64,000 nt of DNA from an uncultured Planctomycetales bacterium (GTDB taxonomy: Bacteria; Omnitrophota; Gorgyraeia; Zapsychrales; JANLHA01). The notes under the pieces were generated by a model, which was given only the letters and a program-made list of their open reading frames with translations, was not told the DNA's origin and did not search any database. Position 1 is the stretch's first letter. Each line of letters begins with the position of its first letter. This document shows positions 27,665 to 36,167 of the stretch, one piece after another. The translations under genes and the position numbers were made by a program. The stretch lies in NCBI GenBank assembly GCA_964489065.1, contig CAZAXH010000006.1, positions 66,867-130,866 of the forward strand. Reading direction: 5' to 3'.

Positions 27665-29395
27665 TTAATAGACGGTGGTGACGCTAATGACTTCATCCAC
27701 GCTGGTGATCCCTGCCTCCACTTTTTTAAGTCCGTCTTCAAAAAGGGTGACCATCCCGTTTTTGCGGGCCATGTCATGTATTTCCGTATAGTTAGAGCGT
27801 TTGGCAATGAGAGCTCGGATATCATCATCGATCAGCATGGTCTCAGTTAATACAATTCTTCCTCGATAGCCTGTTTGGTTGCATTCGTCGCAGCCAACGG
27901 CTTTATAAAGCAAATCGCTTTTAAGATTCAGATCGGCAAATTGTCCTGGAAGGGGCTCAAAGGCTTCTTTGCATTTGACGCAAAGACGTCTCGCTAACCG
28001 CTGGGCGACGACCATAACCAGGGAGGGCGTTAATAAATATGGTTCAATGCCGATGTCGGTAAGACGCGTGATAGCCGATGCCGCGTCGTTGGTGTGAATG
28101 GTGCTTAAAACAAAATGCCCCGTTAGAGCCGCGCGTACACAAATTTGCGCGGTTTCCAGGTCGCGGACTTCCCCGACCATAATGACATCCGGGTCTTGCC
28201 GGAGGAAAGAACGCAGGGCCGCCGCGAACGTCAGCCCGATATCAGCCCGGACACCCACCTGATTAATACCCTCAATTTTAAATTCGACCGGGTCCTCTGC
28301 GGTGAGAACGTTTTTGTGAGGGTCGATAGTTTCATTCAAGATGGCATAAAGGGTTGTGGATTTCCCGCTACCGGTGGGGCCGGTGACAAAGAAAAGCCCA
28401 TAAGGAGATTTCAAGGCCTGCTTGACTTTTTCATATTGGACTTTATCAAATCCGAGATTCTCCAGTTGCAGAGGGACAGAGGATTTATCCAGGATACGCA
28501 AAACCACTTTTTCTCCCCAGATGGTGGGAACCGTCGAAACACGTAAGTCGACATACCGGTCGTTATATTTAAAGCTGATGGCGCCGTCCTGGGGCAGTCG
28601 TTTTTCCGCGATGTCGAGTTTGGCCAGAATTTTGAGCCTGGAAACAATCGGGAGCATGAGGTGCCGGTTCGGGGGGGGGATTTGGTAGAGGAGCCCGTCG
28701 ATCCGGTACCGCAGACTGATTTTGTCTTTGAACGGTTCGATATGGATGTCACTGGCCCGCTGTTCAATAGCCTGCTGGATCATCAGATCCACGAGTTTAA
28801 TGACCGGCGCCTCTTCTGCCTTCTCAATCAATTCATCGACATTCGTATCAGCGGAGCCCGGGGGAGTGAATTCCTCGTTCTCAATTTCGACCCTGGGGGT
28901 TTCCTCGTCTCCGGCGATCACGTTATCCCCTGGGTCGGCACGGGCGGTGCGGCATAAAGAATAGAATTCTTGGATAGCCGGAAGGAGGCTCTTACGGGTC
29001 GCCAGCAAGAGACGGATTTCACAATCCTTGGCGAGCATTTTTAAATTATCAAGGACAACCAGATCCAGGGGGTCTTCCAATGCCACGGTTATGACGTTGC
29101 CTTGTCGGGCAATGGGTAGGACGATGTTCCTTTTGGCGAAATCATAAGGAATCACTTTATCTAAATCCTGGGATACATCCGGGTTTAATAACTCGTTTTC
29201 AGGGGTGGCATAGGGGAGATCCAGTTGGGCGGCCAGCGCGGAAACAATGTCTTCTTCTGTGAGGTAGCCGAGTTTTATGAGGTTCTCCCCCACTCTCCCT
29301 CCGTCCCTTTTTTGCATGGCAATGGCGTCCTGCAACTGATCTTCGGTGATCAATTTTTGCTGCAATAAGATTTCGCCAATTTTATAGTGCATCAT
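27665..29395 (-). CDS. gspE: Type II secretion / type IV pilus assembly ATPase (GspE/PilB family) with N-terminal MshEN-type domain
   Basis: Walker A GPTGSGKST, Asp/His boxes, tetracysteine Zn motif (CVKCKEAF...CDECNQTG). The N-terminus carries tandem 24-residue motifs KIGEILLQQKLITEDQLQDAIAMQ and RVGENLIKLGYLTEEDIVSALAAQ separated by 5 residues. Confidence 0.9.
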   Translation of the reverse strand: MMHYKIGEILLQQKLITEDQLQDAIAMQKRDGGRVGENLIKLGYLTEEDIVSALAAQLDLPYATPENELLNPDVSQDLDKVIPYDFAKRNIVLPIARQGNVITVALEDPLDLVVLDNLKMLAKDCEIRLLLATRKSLLPAIQEFYSLCRTARADPGDNVIAGDEETPRVEIENEEFTPPGSADTNVDELIEKAEEAPVIKLVDLMIQQAIEQRASDIHIEPFKDKISLRYRIDGLLYQIPPPNRHLMLPIVSRLKILAKLDIAEKRLPQDGAISFKYNDRYVDLRVSTVPTIWGEKVVLRILDKSSVPLQLENLGFDKVQYEKVKQALKSPYGLFFVTGPTGSGKSTTLYAILNETIDPHKNVLTAEDPVEFKIEGINQVGVRADIGLTFAAALRSFLRQDPDVIMVGEVRDLETAQICVRAALTGHFVLSTIHTNDAASAITRLTDIGIEPYLLTPSLVMVVAQRLARRLCVKCKEAFEPLPGQFADLNLKSDLLYKAVGCDECNQTGYRGRIVLTETMLIDDDIRALIAKRSNYTEIHDMARKNGMVTLFEDGLKKVEAGITSVDEVISVTTVY

Positions 29396-29428
29396 AGGTC
29401 GATTTCCTTAAACGGCGCGAGGGGTTGG

Positions 29429-30952
29429 TTATTTGTTTTCAAGTTCCCGGAGTTCTTTTTCGATTTGATCGAATCGGCTTGAAGGAAAATCCTGTTCGCG
29501 GATAATGGACCGTGTTATGATTTCTTGCGATTCGATTCTTTCTGTTTCTTTGATGATACGGGGGGTGATAAAAATAATTAATTCGCGTTCCTGATGGGAT
29601 TCATCTTTATGCCGGAAGGCCTGCCCGAGGACCGGTATGTCTCCCAAGAGCGGCACTTTCGTGATGGTATCTGATTTTTCTTCCCGCATCAATCCCCCAA
29701 TAATAATGGTTTCTCCGCTTAGGACGCGCAAGATGGACTGTGTCCCCCGCTCTTCCGGGTCGCGGAACGTTTGCCCGCTGAAGGTCTGCCCCTCGCGCGC
29801 CAGGATGACCTTAGGGACCAGTGCCATGGTGATTTCTTCGGTTTCCACGTTGGCCTGGGGCGTCACGGTCAGGAAAACGCCTGTTTCGGCCCTCTCTGCT
29901 TCCAGAGACTGTGTGGCGATACTTTGCGAGGATTCCGTTTGGGTCGAAACGCCGATGGTTTCATCGGCCGCGATTTTGATTTGAGCGGTTTCATTGTTTA
30001 ATGTCATAATAGACGGTCGTGCCAGAGTTTTTGTGCCGCTCTGTGTCTTCAGAAATTGCAGGGTCGCGGTCAACCCGCTGGCATCAATGATGCCTGTATA
30101 ATACTGGGCTCCCTCATCATCGAACTCGTTACTTTGAAAGGACTGCCCTTTCTTCAAGAGTTTGTTTTGGTCCCAGGGGTAAACGTGTGCTCGTTTCCCG
30201 CCGGTAAAACTCAGTGGGGTGTCTCCGATTTTAACGCCGATTTTTTCAGTCGTCCCTTGGGACACTTCCAACATTTCCACCTCGATCATAATTTGGGGGA
30301 TCGGGACATCCAAACGGGCGATTGTATTTTCAATCAAAGAAAAGTTTGTCGCGATGTCCGTGATGATAAAACTATTCGTGCGGGGGTCTTCGGTGATTTT
30401 CCCTTTGGGGGAGAGGATCGCCATGACGGCCCCTTTAATCCCGGTCTCATCATTTGTGTCGCTGGAGTTTATTGAAAGCCCTTCCACCAGGCTGATATTT
30501 AAAGTTTTTTTCAGTTTTGACTGGCTGACGGTAGCATGTTTGAGAGGATAAACACGGGTTATGAGTTCCGTGTCCGGCTGGGACAACGGCTTAACAATAT
30601 AAATATTAGTGTCGGGCTGTATCTCATAGGTTAAATCATTGGCTTTGAGCAACTGTTCCAGGGCCTGCTCAATAGGTACATTATCCAGAAAAATTGTTAT
30701 CCGTTTCGAGGCGATGTTTTCCGCTGTGATCAGGTTCAGGTTCGTCTGTTTGGAGAAAATTTTCAGGACATCCACCAGCGCTGCGCTTTGGAAGTCCATT
30801 GATATTTTTTTTGAGTATTCAGGATAGACAAAAGGACTTCCCGTGCCTGATGTCGCCGCCGGCTCGCTCCCTATGTCCGCCCATCCTGCCAAGATGAGCA
30901 GGACAGTGGCAAGAAATAGCCTGCCCTTTTGATCCATATATAACTCCTTCAA
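29429..30952 (-). CDS. gspD: Secretin (GspD/PilQ family), compact form
   Basis: Signal peptide, N-domains, C-terminal secretin domain (VPLLGDIPVLGQAFRH...ERELIIFITPRII). Only 507 aa. Confidence 0.8.
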   Translation of the reverse strand: MKELYMDQKGRLFLATVLLILAGWADIGSEPAATSGTGSPFVYPEYSKKISMDFQSAALVDVLKIFSKQTNLNLITAENIASKRITIFLDNVPIEQALEQLLKANDLTYEIQPDTNIYIVKPLSQPDTELITRVYPLKHATVSQSKLKKTLNISLVEGLSINSSDTNDETGIKGAVMAILSPKGKITEDPRTNSFIITDIATNFSLIENTIARLDVPIPQIMIEVEMLEVSQGTTEKIGVKIGDTPLSFTGGKRAHVYPWDQNKLLKKGQSFQSNEFDDEGAQYYTGIIDASGLTATLQFLKTQSGTKTLARPSIMTLNNETAQIKIAADETIGVSTQTESSQSIATQSLEAERAETGVFLTVTPQANVETEEITMALVPKVILAREGQTFSGQTFRDPEERGTQSILRVLSGETIIIGGLMREEKSDTITKVPLLGDIPVLGQAFRHKDESHQERELIIFITPRIIKETERIESQEIITRSIIREQDFPSSRFDQIEKELRELENK

Positions 30953-31537
30953 TTAAGGTTCGATAAGGAATTTTTGATTTTTAAATGAAATTTCAACTCC
31001 ACCGCGGGATATCCCTATGATGCGCCATTGTTCGATGGAGTCCCCGACATCAAGAATCCTTCCTTCCATGATAGCTTGAGGGCGGTCTGTGTTCCAGACA
31101 ATTCCGGAAATTTTATAATCCGGTTTCGGAAGCAAGACCTCTTCCACCGCCTGAGTTTGCTGGGAAACGATAACGGGGGTTTCCGCCGCGCCTGTTTGAA
31201 TATCCGGTTGAATCGGAGATGCCGCCTCCGGCGTTTTTTCCACGATCTCTGGTTCCTCTTGGGGGGGGTCGTCCGGAAGTCGGGGAACAAACGGGTTTCG
31301 CAGGGCGCGTAGCATTTTGGCCGTTTCCTCGTCAATCTGCAACTGATCCAGATGAAACTGCTGTTCAAGCTGGCTGGCCTGCTCGGTTATATTATCCTTG
31401 GTGAGCCGGTTCGCATAAAATTCGGTGAATTCTTTGGCTTTGTCGACTAAGGCTTCTTCGGTAAAGCCTGTTGTCCCTCCCATCTCTCTGGAGGCCAATA
31501 CGAGTAGGCCCAATATAAGAATTTTATTTCGTTTCAT
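30953..31537 (-). CDS. PilP/GspC-like periplasmic protein (secretin-interacting beta-domain)
   Basis: Signal peptide, Pro/Glu-rich linker. C-terminal beta-domain ISGIVWNTDRPQAIMEGRILDVGDSIEQWRIIGISRGGVEISF resembles PilP/GspC HR domains. Sits between the PilO-like gene and the secretin gene. Confidence 0.45.
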   Translation of the reverse strand: MKRNKILILGLLVLASREMGGTTGFTEEALVDKAKEFTEFYANRLTKDNITEQASQLEQQFHLDQLQIDEETAKMLRALRNPFVPRLPDDPPQEEPEIVEKTPEAASPIQPDIQTGAAETPVIVSQQTQAVEEVLLPKPDYKISGIVWNTDRPQAIMEGRILDVGDSIEQWRIIGISRGGVEISFKNQKFLIEP

Positions 31538-32156
31538 TTTTAAAAATGATAGAAGCGATTTCCATCTGTATCCTGATTTCCGGGTTTTCTTCTTTGGCCT
31601 CCCCGACCGGTTGTTGGGGGTAGCGTCGTTTGCTGATGAATGAGTCTAAAACCGTGCTTTGAAAATCTTCGATCCTCAAATTGTATTGAGAACTTTCAAT
31701 GTCATGAATGAATAAAAAAATGTTGTCATATTCTTTTGAAGTAATGACCAGGTTAATACTTGTGAGTTCATACAGCGGTTCATCTATTTTTTTAGCCGGG
31801 GAAAACGATTCTAGCCGGACGCCCCGGTGGATGGCCATGGTTGTGAGGGTGTTGGCCAACGCGTCCGCGGATAACCCCTGCGGCAAATTGTTGAGCAAGT
31901 CATCATGGCTTTTTTTCGCGTCGTTATATTCAGTCATGGCGACTTTTTTCTTGAGCAGCTCATTGATCTGGATCGTGACCCGGTGCAGTTCCATTCTTTT
32001 ATTGATATAAAAATGGGCGCTAAACACAATGGCCCCGATGATGATTAGGGCGGTGAGAAGTTGTTCGGGGTTTTTCTTGAATTGTTCCCCCACCTTCCCA
32101 TAATCAATTTTATTTAAATCCTTGATATCCAGTTTGCTGAGTTCTTTTAGGTTCAT
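31524..32156 (-). CDS. PilO/GspM-like bitopic inner-membrane protein
   Basis: Short cytoplasmic N-terminus, a single TM (LLTALIIIGAIVFSAHFY), a coiled-coil and a C-terminal alpha/beta domain. Position matches pilO/gspM. Confidence 0.45.
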   Translation of the reverse strand: MNLKELSKLDIKDLNKIDYGKVGEQFKKNPEQLLTALIIIGAIVFSAHFYINKRMELHRVTIQINELLKKKVAMTEYNDAKKSHDDLLNNLPQGLSADALANTLTTMAIHRGVRLESFSPAKKIDEPLYELTSINLVITSKEYDNIFLFIHDIESSQYNLRIEDFQSTVLDSFISKRRYPQQPVGEAKEENPEIRIQMEIASIIFKNETK

Positions 32157-32174
32157 GTTTTCGTGATATCCGTT

Positions 32175-33713
32175 TTAACTGCAAGTGATCACAAAGAAAG
32201 ATACCTGGAATTTTTGGAGTTCTTCTTGCCGTGTTTTGAGTTCAATGTTTTTGAACGAGTCTTTAAATCCGTCCTGCTCTTTGATGGCGGAATAGAACTG
32301 GTTAATGAGCTTAAACTGGTCATTGATGCTGTCCTGATACACGTATCCCTGCAGTTCAATGTATCTTCGCGTTTCGGGTTGGGAAGTGTCCAGGCTGCCC
32401 GTCGAAGCCGCATTTTTATTAGCCTCATAGCGGATTTTCATGGATTTGAGCCACATGCCGTAGGGCATGAGCGAAGGAATTTTATATAAATAATACTTTA
32501 AATCGCTGGTGACCCGGACATTTTTGTATTTGCTGAGTTTTCCGGATATGTCTTCGGACATTTTTTCAATGTCTTTTTTTTCCAGACTTTTATAGGGGCC
32601 CAATTCTTTGTTCAGGCTCTCCATGCGGTTATACTGTTTTTGGGCCATGCTATTAGAGGAGTGAATCACCGCGAAGATCACCAGGGCGGATAAAGCCGCG
32701 CTGACCAATAATGGTTTGTATTTTTCGATGTTGAAGTGCAGGGATGTTTCCGCTGAAACGATTTGTGCGGGATCCTGCCCGAGGTTGAAATCTTTTGTCG
32801 TCAGCTTCGGGGGCTTGAGCGCCGCCCCTAAGGCGCTCAAAAGCCCTAGGGAGGGGATTTCTTGGGGGCCCTTAATCAAATCGGAAGCCAGGATTTCGAG
32901 AACAGGGATTTTAAAATCTTCCGTAATGGCTTTGCCGGCGTCCGGCATCAGCTCCTGGGAGATGAGCACGATTCTTTTGACCTTGGCCGTAGCGTTTTGA
33001 CGCGTGAAAAAATTAATCGACACCCGCAAGTCGGTAAAAAGACGGGACACAAACTGATCCTGTTGTTTAACATCGAAGGAAAACGGGGATTCCCGGACAA
33101 ACTGAACGACATCATTATCGATCATAATAATGTGGATAGAATTGTTTTCGATCAGGACGATAGCCGAAGCGTGATCGTGCGGGATGATTTTTTGCTTTCT
33201 AAGAAGCCGGAAGAGCGAAACCGCTCCCGGCTCGATGCCGGCGATTTTGATATCGGTGTGCTGCAGAACTTCCGTATATTTCTCCAGCGTTTTTTTTCTG
33301 ATCGCGACAAAAATAACCCGGAGATTTTTAAGTTTATCTTTCTCAAAAGGGATGCTGTGAAATGTATAAACCAGTTCTTCGACTTTTATAGGGACGTATT
33401 TTGTGACCTCGAATTCCACCACCCCGCGGATTTCATTCGGGGCCATCCAGGGGATCACGAATGACCGGAAAATCAGGTCTTGGGTGGGTATGCTCAGAAT
33501 AATTTTCCGTTGAGAAAAGGCGGCTTGGGAAAATGCTTTTTGAAGAATGTCTGTGAATAAAAGGCCTTCCGGGACGTTCTCAGTTTGCTGGCTTAAGACT
33601 TCTTCAAAAGGGGCGAAGCTCGAGTGAATCATGGCTCCCCCCTTCCCCGCTTCCGCCAAAGAGAGAGATTTTTTGCCCCAGTAAAGCCCGATATGTGTTT
33701 GAAAATCTGCCAT
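32175..33713 (-). CDS. PilM-PilN fusion (GspL-like): cytoplasmic actin-like ATPase-fold domain + TM + periplasmic domain
   Basis: N-terminal PilM-like segment (HIGLYWGKKSLSLA... actin-fold repeats), a central TM (LLVSAALSALVIFAVI) and a C-terminal PilN/GspL-periplasmic-like coiled-coil region. 512 aa. Confidence 0.6.
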   Translation of the reverse strand: MADFQTHIGLYWGKKSLSLAEAGKGGAMIHSSFAPFEEVLSQQTENVPEGLLFTDILQKAFSQAAFSQRKIILSIPTQDLIFRSFVIPWMAPNEIRGVVEFEVTKYVPIKVEELVYTFHSIPFEKDKLKNLRVIFVAIRKKTLEKYTEVLQHTDIKIAGIEPGAVSLFRLLRKQKIIPHDHASAIVLIENNSIHIIMIDNDVVQFVRESPFSFDVKQQDQFVSRLFTDLRVSINFFTRQNATAKVKRIVLISQELMPDAGKAITEDFKIPVLEILASDLIKGPQEIPSLGLLSALGAALKPPKLTTKDFNLGQDPAQIVSAETSLHFNIEKYKPLLVSAALSALVIFAVIHSSNSMAQKQYNRMESLNKELGPYKSLEKKDIEKMSEDISGKLSKYKNVRVTSDLKYYLYKIPSLMPYGMWLKSMKIRYEANKNAASTGSLDTSQPETRRYIELQGYVYQDSINDQFKLINQFYSAIKEQDGFKDSFKNIELKTRQEELQKFQVSFFVITCS

Positions 33714-33814
33714 TATATAATAAGTTTATAAATATTATAAATTGTTATTCTCATTAAACACTATCGTTTATTCTTTGTCAATTAAGTTCCCCAAAAAAAA
33801 GCCGTTTTTAAATC

Positions 33815-33849
33815 ATGGTTTATTGAAACCATATGAGGGTTTATGGTTT
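33815..33849. promoter_or_regulatory. Three alternating heptamer sites ATGGTTT / AAACCAT / ATGGTTT (overlapping palindromes) upstream of the gspL-like operon
   Basis: ATGGTTT at 33815-33821, AAACCAT at 33826-33832, ATGGTTT at 33843-33849. They lie 100-135 nt upstream of the ATG at 33713 and upstream of the putative TTGACA-17-TTTAAT promoter (about 33753-33781). Confidence 0.35.
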
Positions 33850-33905
33850 TTCGAAATGATGTTTGGGGAATAGGGAAATGGCAAGGGTTGGCTTCTGAAT
33901 TTTGG

Positions 33906-34277
33906 TTAATAGTTAATCTGAACTTGAATGCGATTCACCAGGACAGGGGTTAAGCCCGTGGGCGCGATATTGATATTCCCTTGGTCCTGAATAGTGTAGG
34001 CATAATTTTTTCCGGAGATGATCTCCGCATTGGCGAGGGGGATCGTGGCTTTTTCCATTTGAGCCTGGTGATAGCGGTAGAATGTCCCGATAGCGAACTG
34101 CTCGGACTTAATTTGATCAACGACATCCTGTCCGGATTTCTGGTGAGTCACCAACAGGCTCATGACGCTGACGACCACAATGGAAAGAATAATGCTCAGA
34201 ATAAGGACAGTCAGAAAAATGATGCCTTGGTTTCTACCCAACTGGCGCGGGTGTCTCAAAAAAAATTTATGTTTCAT
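33906..34277 (-). CDS. PilX/GspK-like minor pseudopilin (N-terminal hydrophobic segment lacking Glu5)
   Basis: Start taken at MKHKFF. ...GRNQG then IIFLTVLILSIILSIVVV resembles the PilX_N/GspK prepilin-like N-terminus without E+5. 124 aa, which is short for GspK. Confidence 0.3.
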   Translation of the reverse strand: MKHKFFLRHPRQLGRNQGIIFLTVLILSIILSIVVVSVMSLLVTHQKSGQDVVDQIKSEQFAIGTFYRYHQAQMEKATIPLANAEIISGKNYAYTIQDQGNINIAPTGLTPVLVNRIQVQINY

Positions 34278-34509
34278 TGTCCCCTGCCTTTTCAAGAAGA
34301 CTATTGCATCGCGGGCATTTCCAGATAGACTTGGGATTATAAGCAATAAAAATATACAGGCAATAAGGGCACTGCTGGACATGCTCCGCTAATGGTTCCG
34401 ATTTATCGTTGTTGCTTTTAGTATAAAATAACCACAGATAATAAACAAGAATAACCACGAAAGATAAAAAGACCGCCATCGTTTGTGTAAATTCTATTTT
34501 GATTTGCAT
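34267..34509 (-). CDS. Small membrane protein with C-terminal zinc-ribbon (CPYC...CPRC)
   Basis: 80 aa. One TM (MAVFLSFVVILVYYLWLFY), then CPYC-x15-CPRC. Confidence 0.35.
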   Translation of the reverse strand: MQIKIEFTQTMAVFLSFVVILVYYLWLFYTKSNNDKSEPLAEHVQQCPYCLYIFIAYNPKSIWKCPRCNSLLEKAGDNET

Positions 34510-34530
34510 AATGTAGTGATAAGGATGAAA

Positions 34531-34995
34531 TTAATGACTCAGACGGAGCGGAACCCACCTGGGAATATCGGGGTCGATTCCCAGTTTCAAGAGCTCATCC
34601 CGTTCGATCTGGATACGGCTTTTTTCCTTCATAAAAGGATTTTTGACGTATGTCTTATCCCCCCCTGAGGGCTCCTCCGCTATAAAAAGAGTTTTCTCTG
34701 GAAGTGTTTTGTGAACGGAGTACGCCGATGGCCGGATGGGCTGTACCCGGAGATTTATGCTGTTGCCCAGAACCGGCCCCGGGCCATCCGGGCCGTCCTG
34801 TTTTCTAAAATTTTGAATTTCTTCATATCCTAGAATAGGGCCCAAGAAAACAAAAGCCGGTTTCGGCGCCCGTTTAAAGTTATAAAAAATAAAGGATACG
34901 GATGTAAAGATAAAAACATGAATCAGGATCGAAAACAGGAACGCTTCCAGGTCACGTTCCTGCCGATAGAATTTTTTAGAGAAAACAAATTTCAT
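34531..34995 (-). CDS. TonB/TolA-like membrane anchor protein (N-terminal TM + short Pro/Gly linker; no canonical TonB C-terminal domain)
   Basis: N-terminal TM with conserved His (ILIHVFIFTSV), KRAPKP/GPDGPGP linker. Positioned immediately downstream of the exbB/exbD-like pair. Confidence 0.35.
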   Translation of the reverse strand: MKFVFSKKFYRQERDLEAFLFSILIHVFIFTSVSFIFYNFKRAPKPAFVFLGPILGYEEIQNFRKQDGPDGPGPVLGNSINLRVQPIRPSAYSVHKTLPEKTLFIAEEPSGGDKTYVKNPFMKEKSRIQIERDELLKLGIDPDIPRWVPLRLSH

Positions 34996-35021
34996 GGCAC
35001 AATAAAAACCCCCGTGGGGCT

Positions 35022-35432
35022 TCAGCGGTCTTGTGTCGTTGCAATGTTAATGCGCTCTATCCCGTATTTACGGCAAATATCCCACACGTCCACCATCCGG
35101 CCTAACGAGGCTCTGCGATCCGCTTTGATCAGCACGGGGATGTCTTGTCCCCGAAGTTCCTGGAGCTGTTGATTTAGTTCTTCAAGAGTCAAAACGGCGT
35201 CATTGTGATAAATGACATTTTCGCTGCTGATGATAATAATAAAATTATCTTCGGTGATCGAGTCGCTGGTGACCGCTTTGGGCAGCTTGACGTTAATCCC
35301 CGACTGGGACGTAAAGGATGATGAAAGCAGGAAAAATATGAGCAGGAGGAAAATGATGTCAATCATCGGCGCAAGATTGATTTGTTCCACTCCCTGCTCT
35401 AATTTAACATGACGCTTGAATTTCATATTCAC
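35022..35432 (-). CDS. exbD: ExbD/TolR-family biopolymer transport protein
   Basis: INLAPMIDIIFLLLIFFLL TM with the conserved Asp. 136 aa. Confidence 0.8.
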   Translation of the reverse strand: MNMKFKRHVKLEQGVEQINLAPMIDIIFLLLIFFLLSSSFTSQSGINVKLPKAVTSDSITEDNFIIIISSENVIYHNDAVLTLEELNQQLQELRGQDIPVLIKADRRASLGRMVDVWDICRKYGIERINIATTQDR

Positions 35433-35444
35433 CTCGTAACGGCG

Positions 35445-36134
35445 TTAAGAATGTGTGCTGGAAGTCGATGTTTCGTTGATATGGCATAATAAATTAACTA
35501 ATTCCGTGGCTCCGCGTTCCATGTCCAGGATAAAGGTGTTCACGCGGCTCACCAGATAGTTATAGACCACGAACGTGGGGATCGCTACGGTAAGGCCGGC
35601 CACCGTTGTCAGGAGCGCTTCCCCGATCCCTCCGGCCAGCTCTCCGGGGGTGACGGGGTTCATGGTTTCGGCCAACCCTTTGATCGTATAGAAACATCGG
35701 GTCATTCCCGTTACCGTCCCGAATAGCCCGAGCAGAGGCGCGATGTGGGCTATCGTGGCGAGCGCGGTAAAACGTTTTTCCAGCTTGGGGATTTCAAAAA
35801 GGCTGACATCTTCCATGGCTTCTTTAATCGTTTCCCGGGAGGCCCCGTACTGCAGAATACCGGCTTTCAATATTTGGGCTAACGGCGAAGGGTCCTGGTC
35901 GCACTGTGCGATGGCATCTTTTATCTTGTTGTTTTTAATGAGCGTGAAAACTGTGTGTTTCAGTTTATTAGGGTTGGAACTGATGCTGGCAAAATAGATT
36001 AATTTTCCTAAAATGATTCCTACCGCTATAATCGAGCATATGCCAATAGGTATCATGATCGGGCCCCCGGCCAGTATCAGTTCTCCCGCGTTGATTTCCC
36101 ATGCTCCTCCCATGCGATCCCTCCTTTGTGTCAA
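35445..36134 (-). CDS. exbB: ExbB/TolQ/MotA-family proton channel protein
   Basis: Three TM segments, LATIAHIAPLLGLFGTVTGM signature. Confidence 0.8.
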   Translation of the reverse strand: MTQRRDRMGGAWEINAGELILAGGPIMIPIGICSIIAVGIILGKLIYFASISSNPNKLKHTVFTLIKNNKIKDAIAQCDQDPSPLAQILKAGILQYGASRETIKEAMEDVSLFEIPKLEKRFTALATIAHIAPLLGLFGTVTGMTRCFYTIKGLAETMNPVTPGELAGGIGEALLTTVAGLTVAIPTFVVYNYLVSRVNTFILDMERGATELVNLLCHINETSTSSTHS

Positions 36135-36167
36135 CTTCTTTTTGGTTCTGTGAGGGGAATAGGGTTT

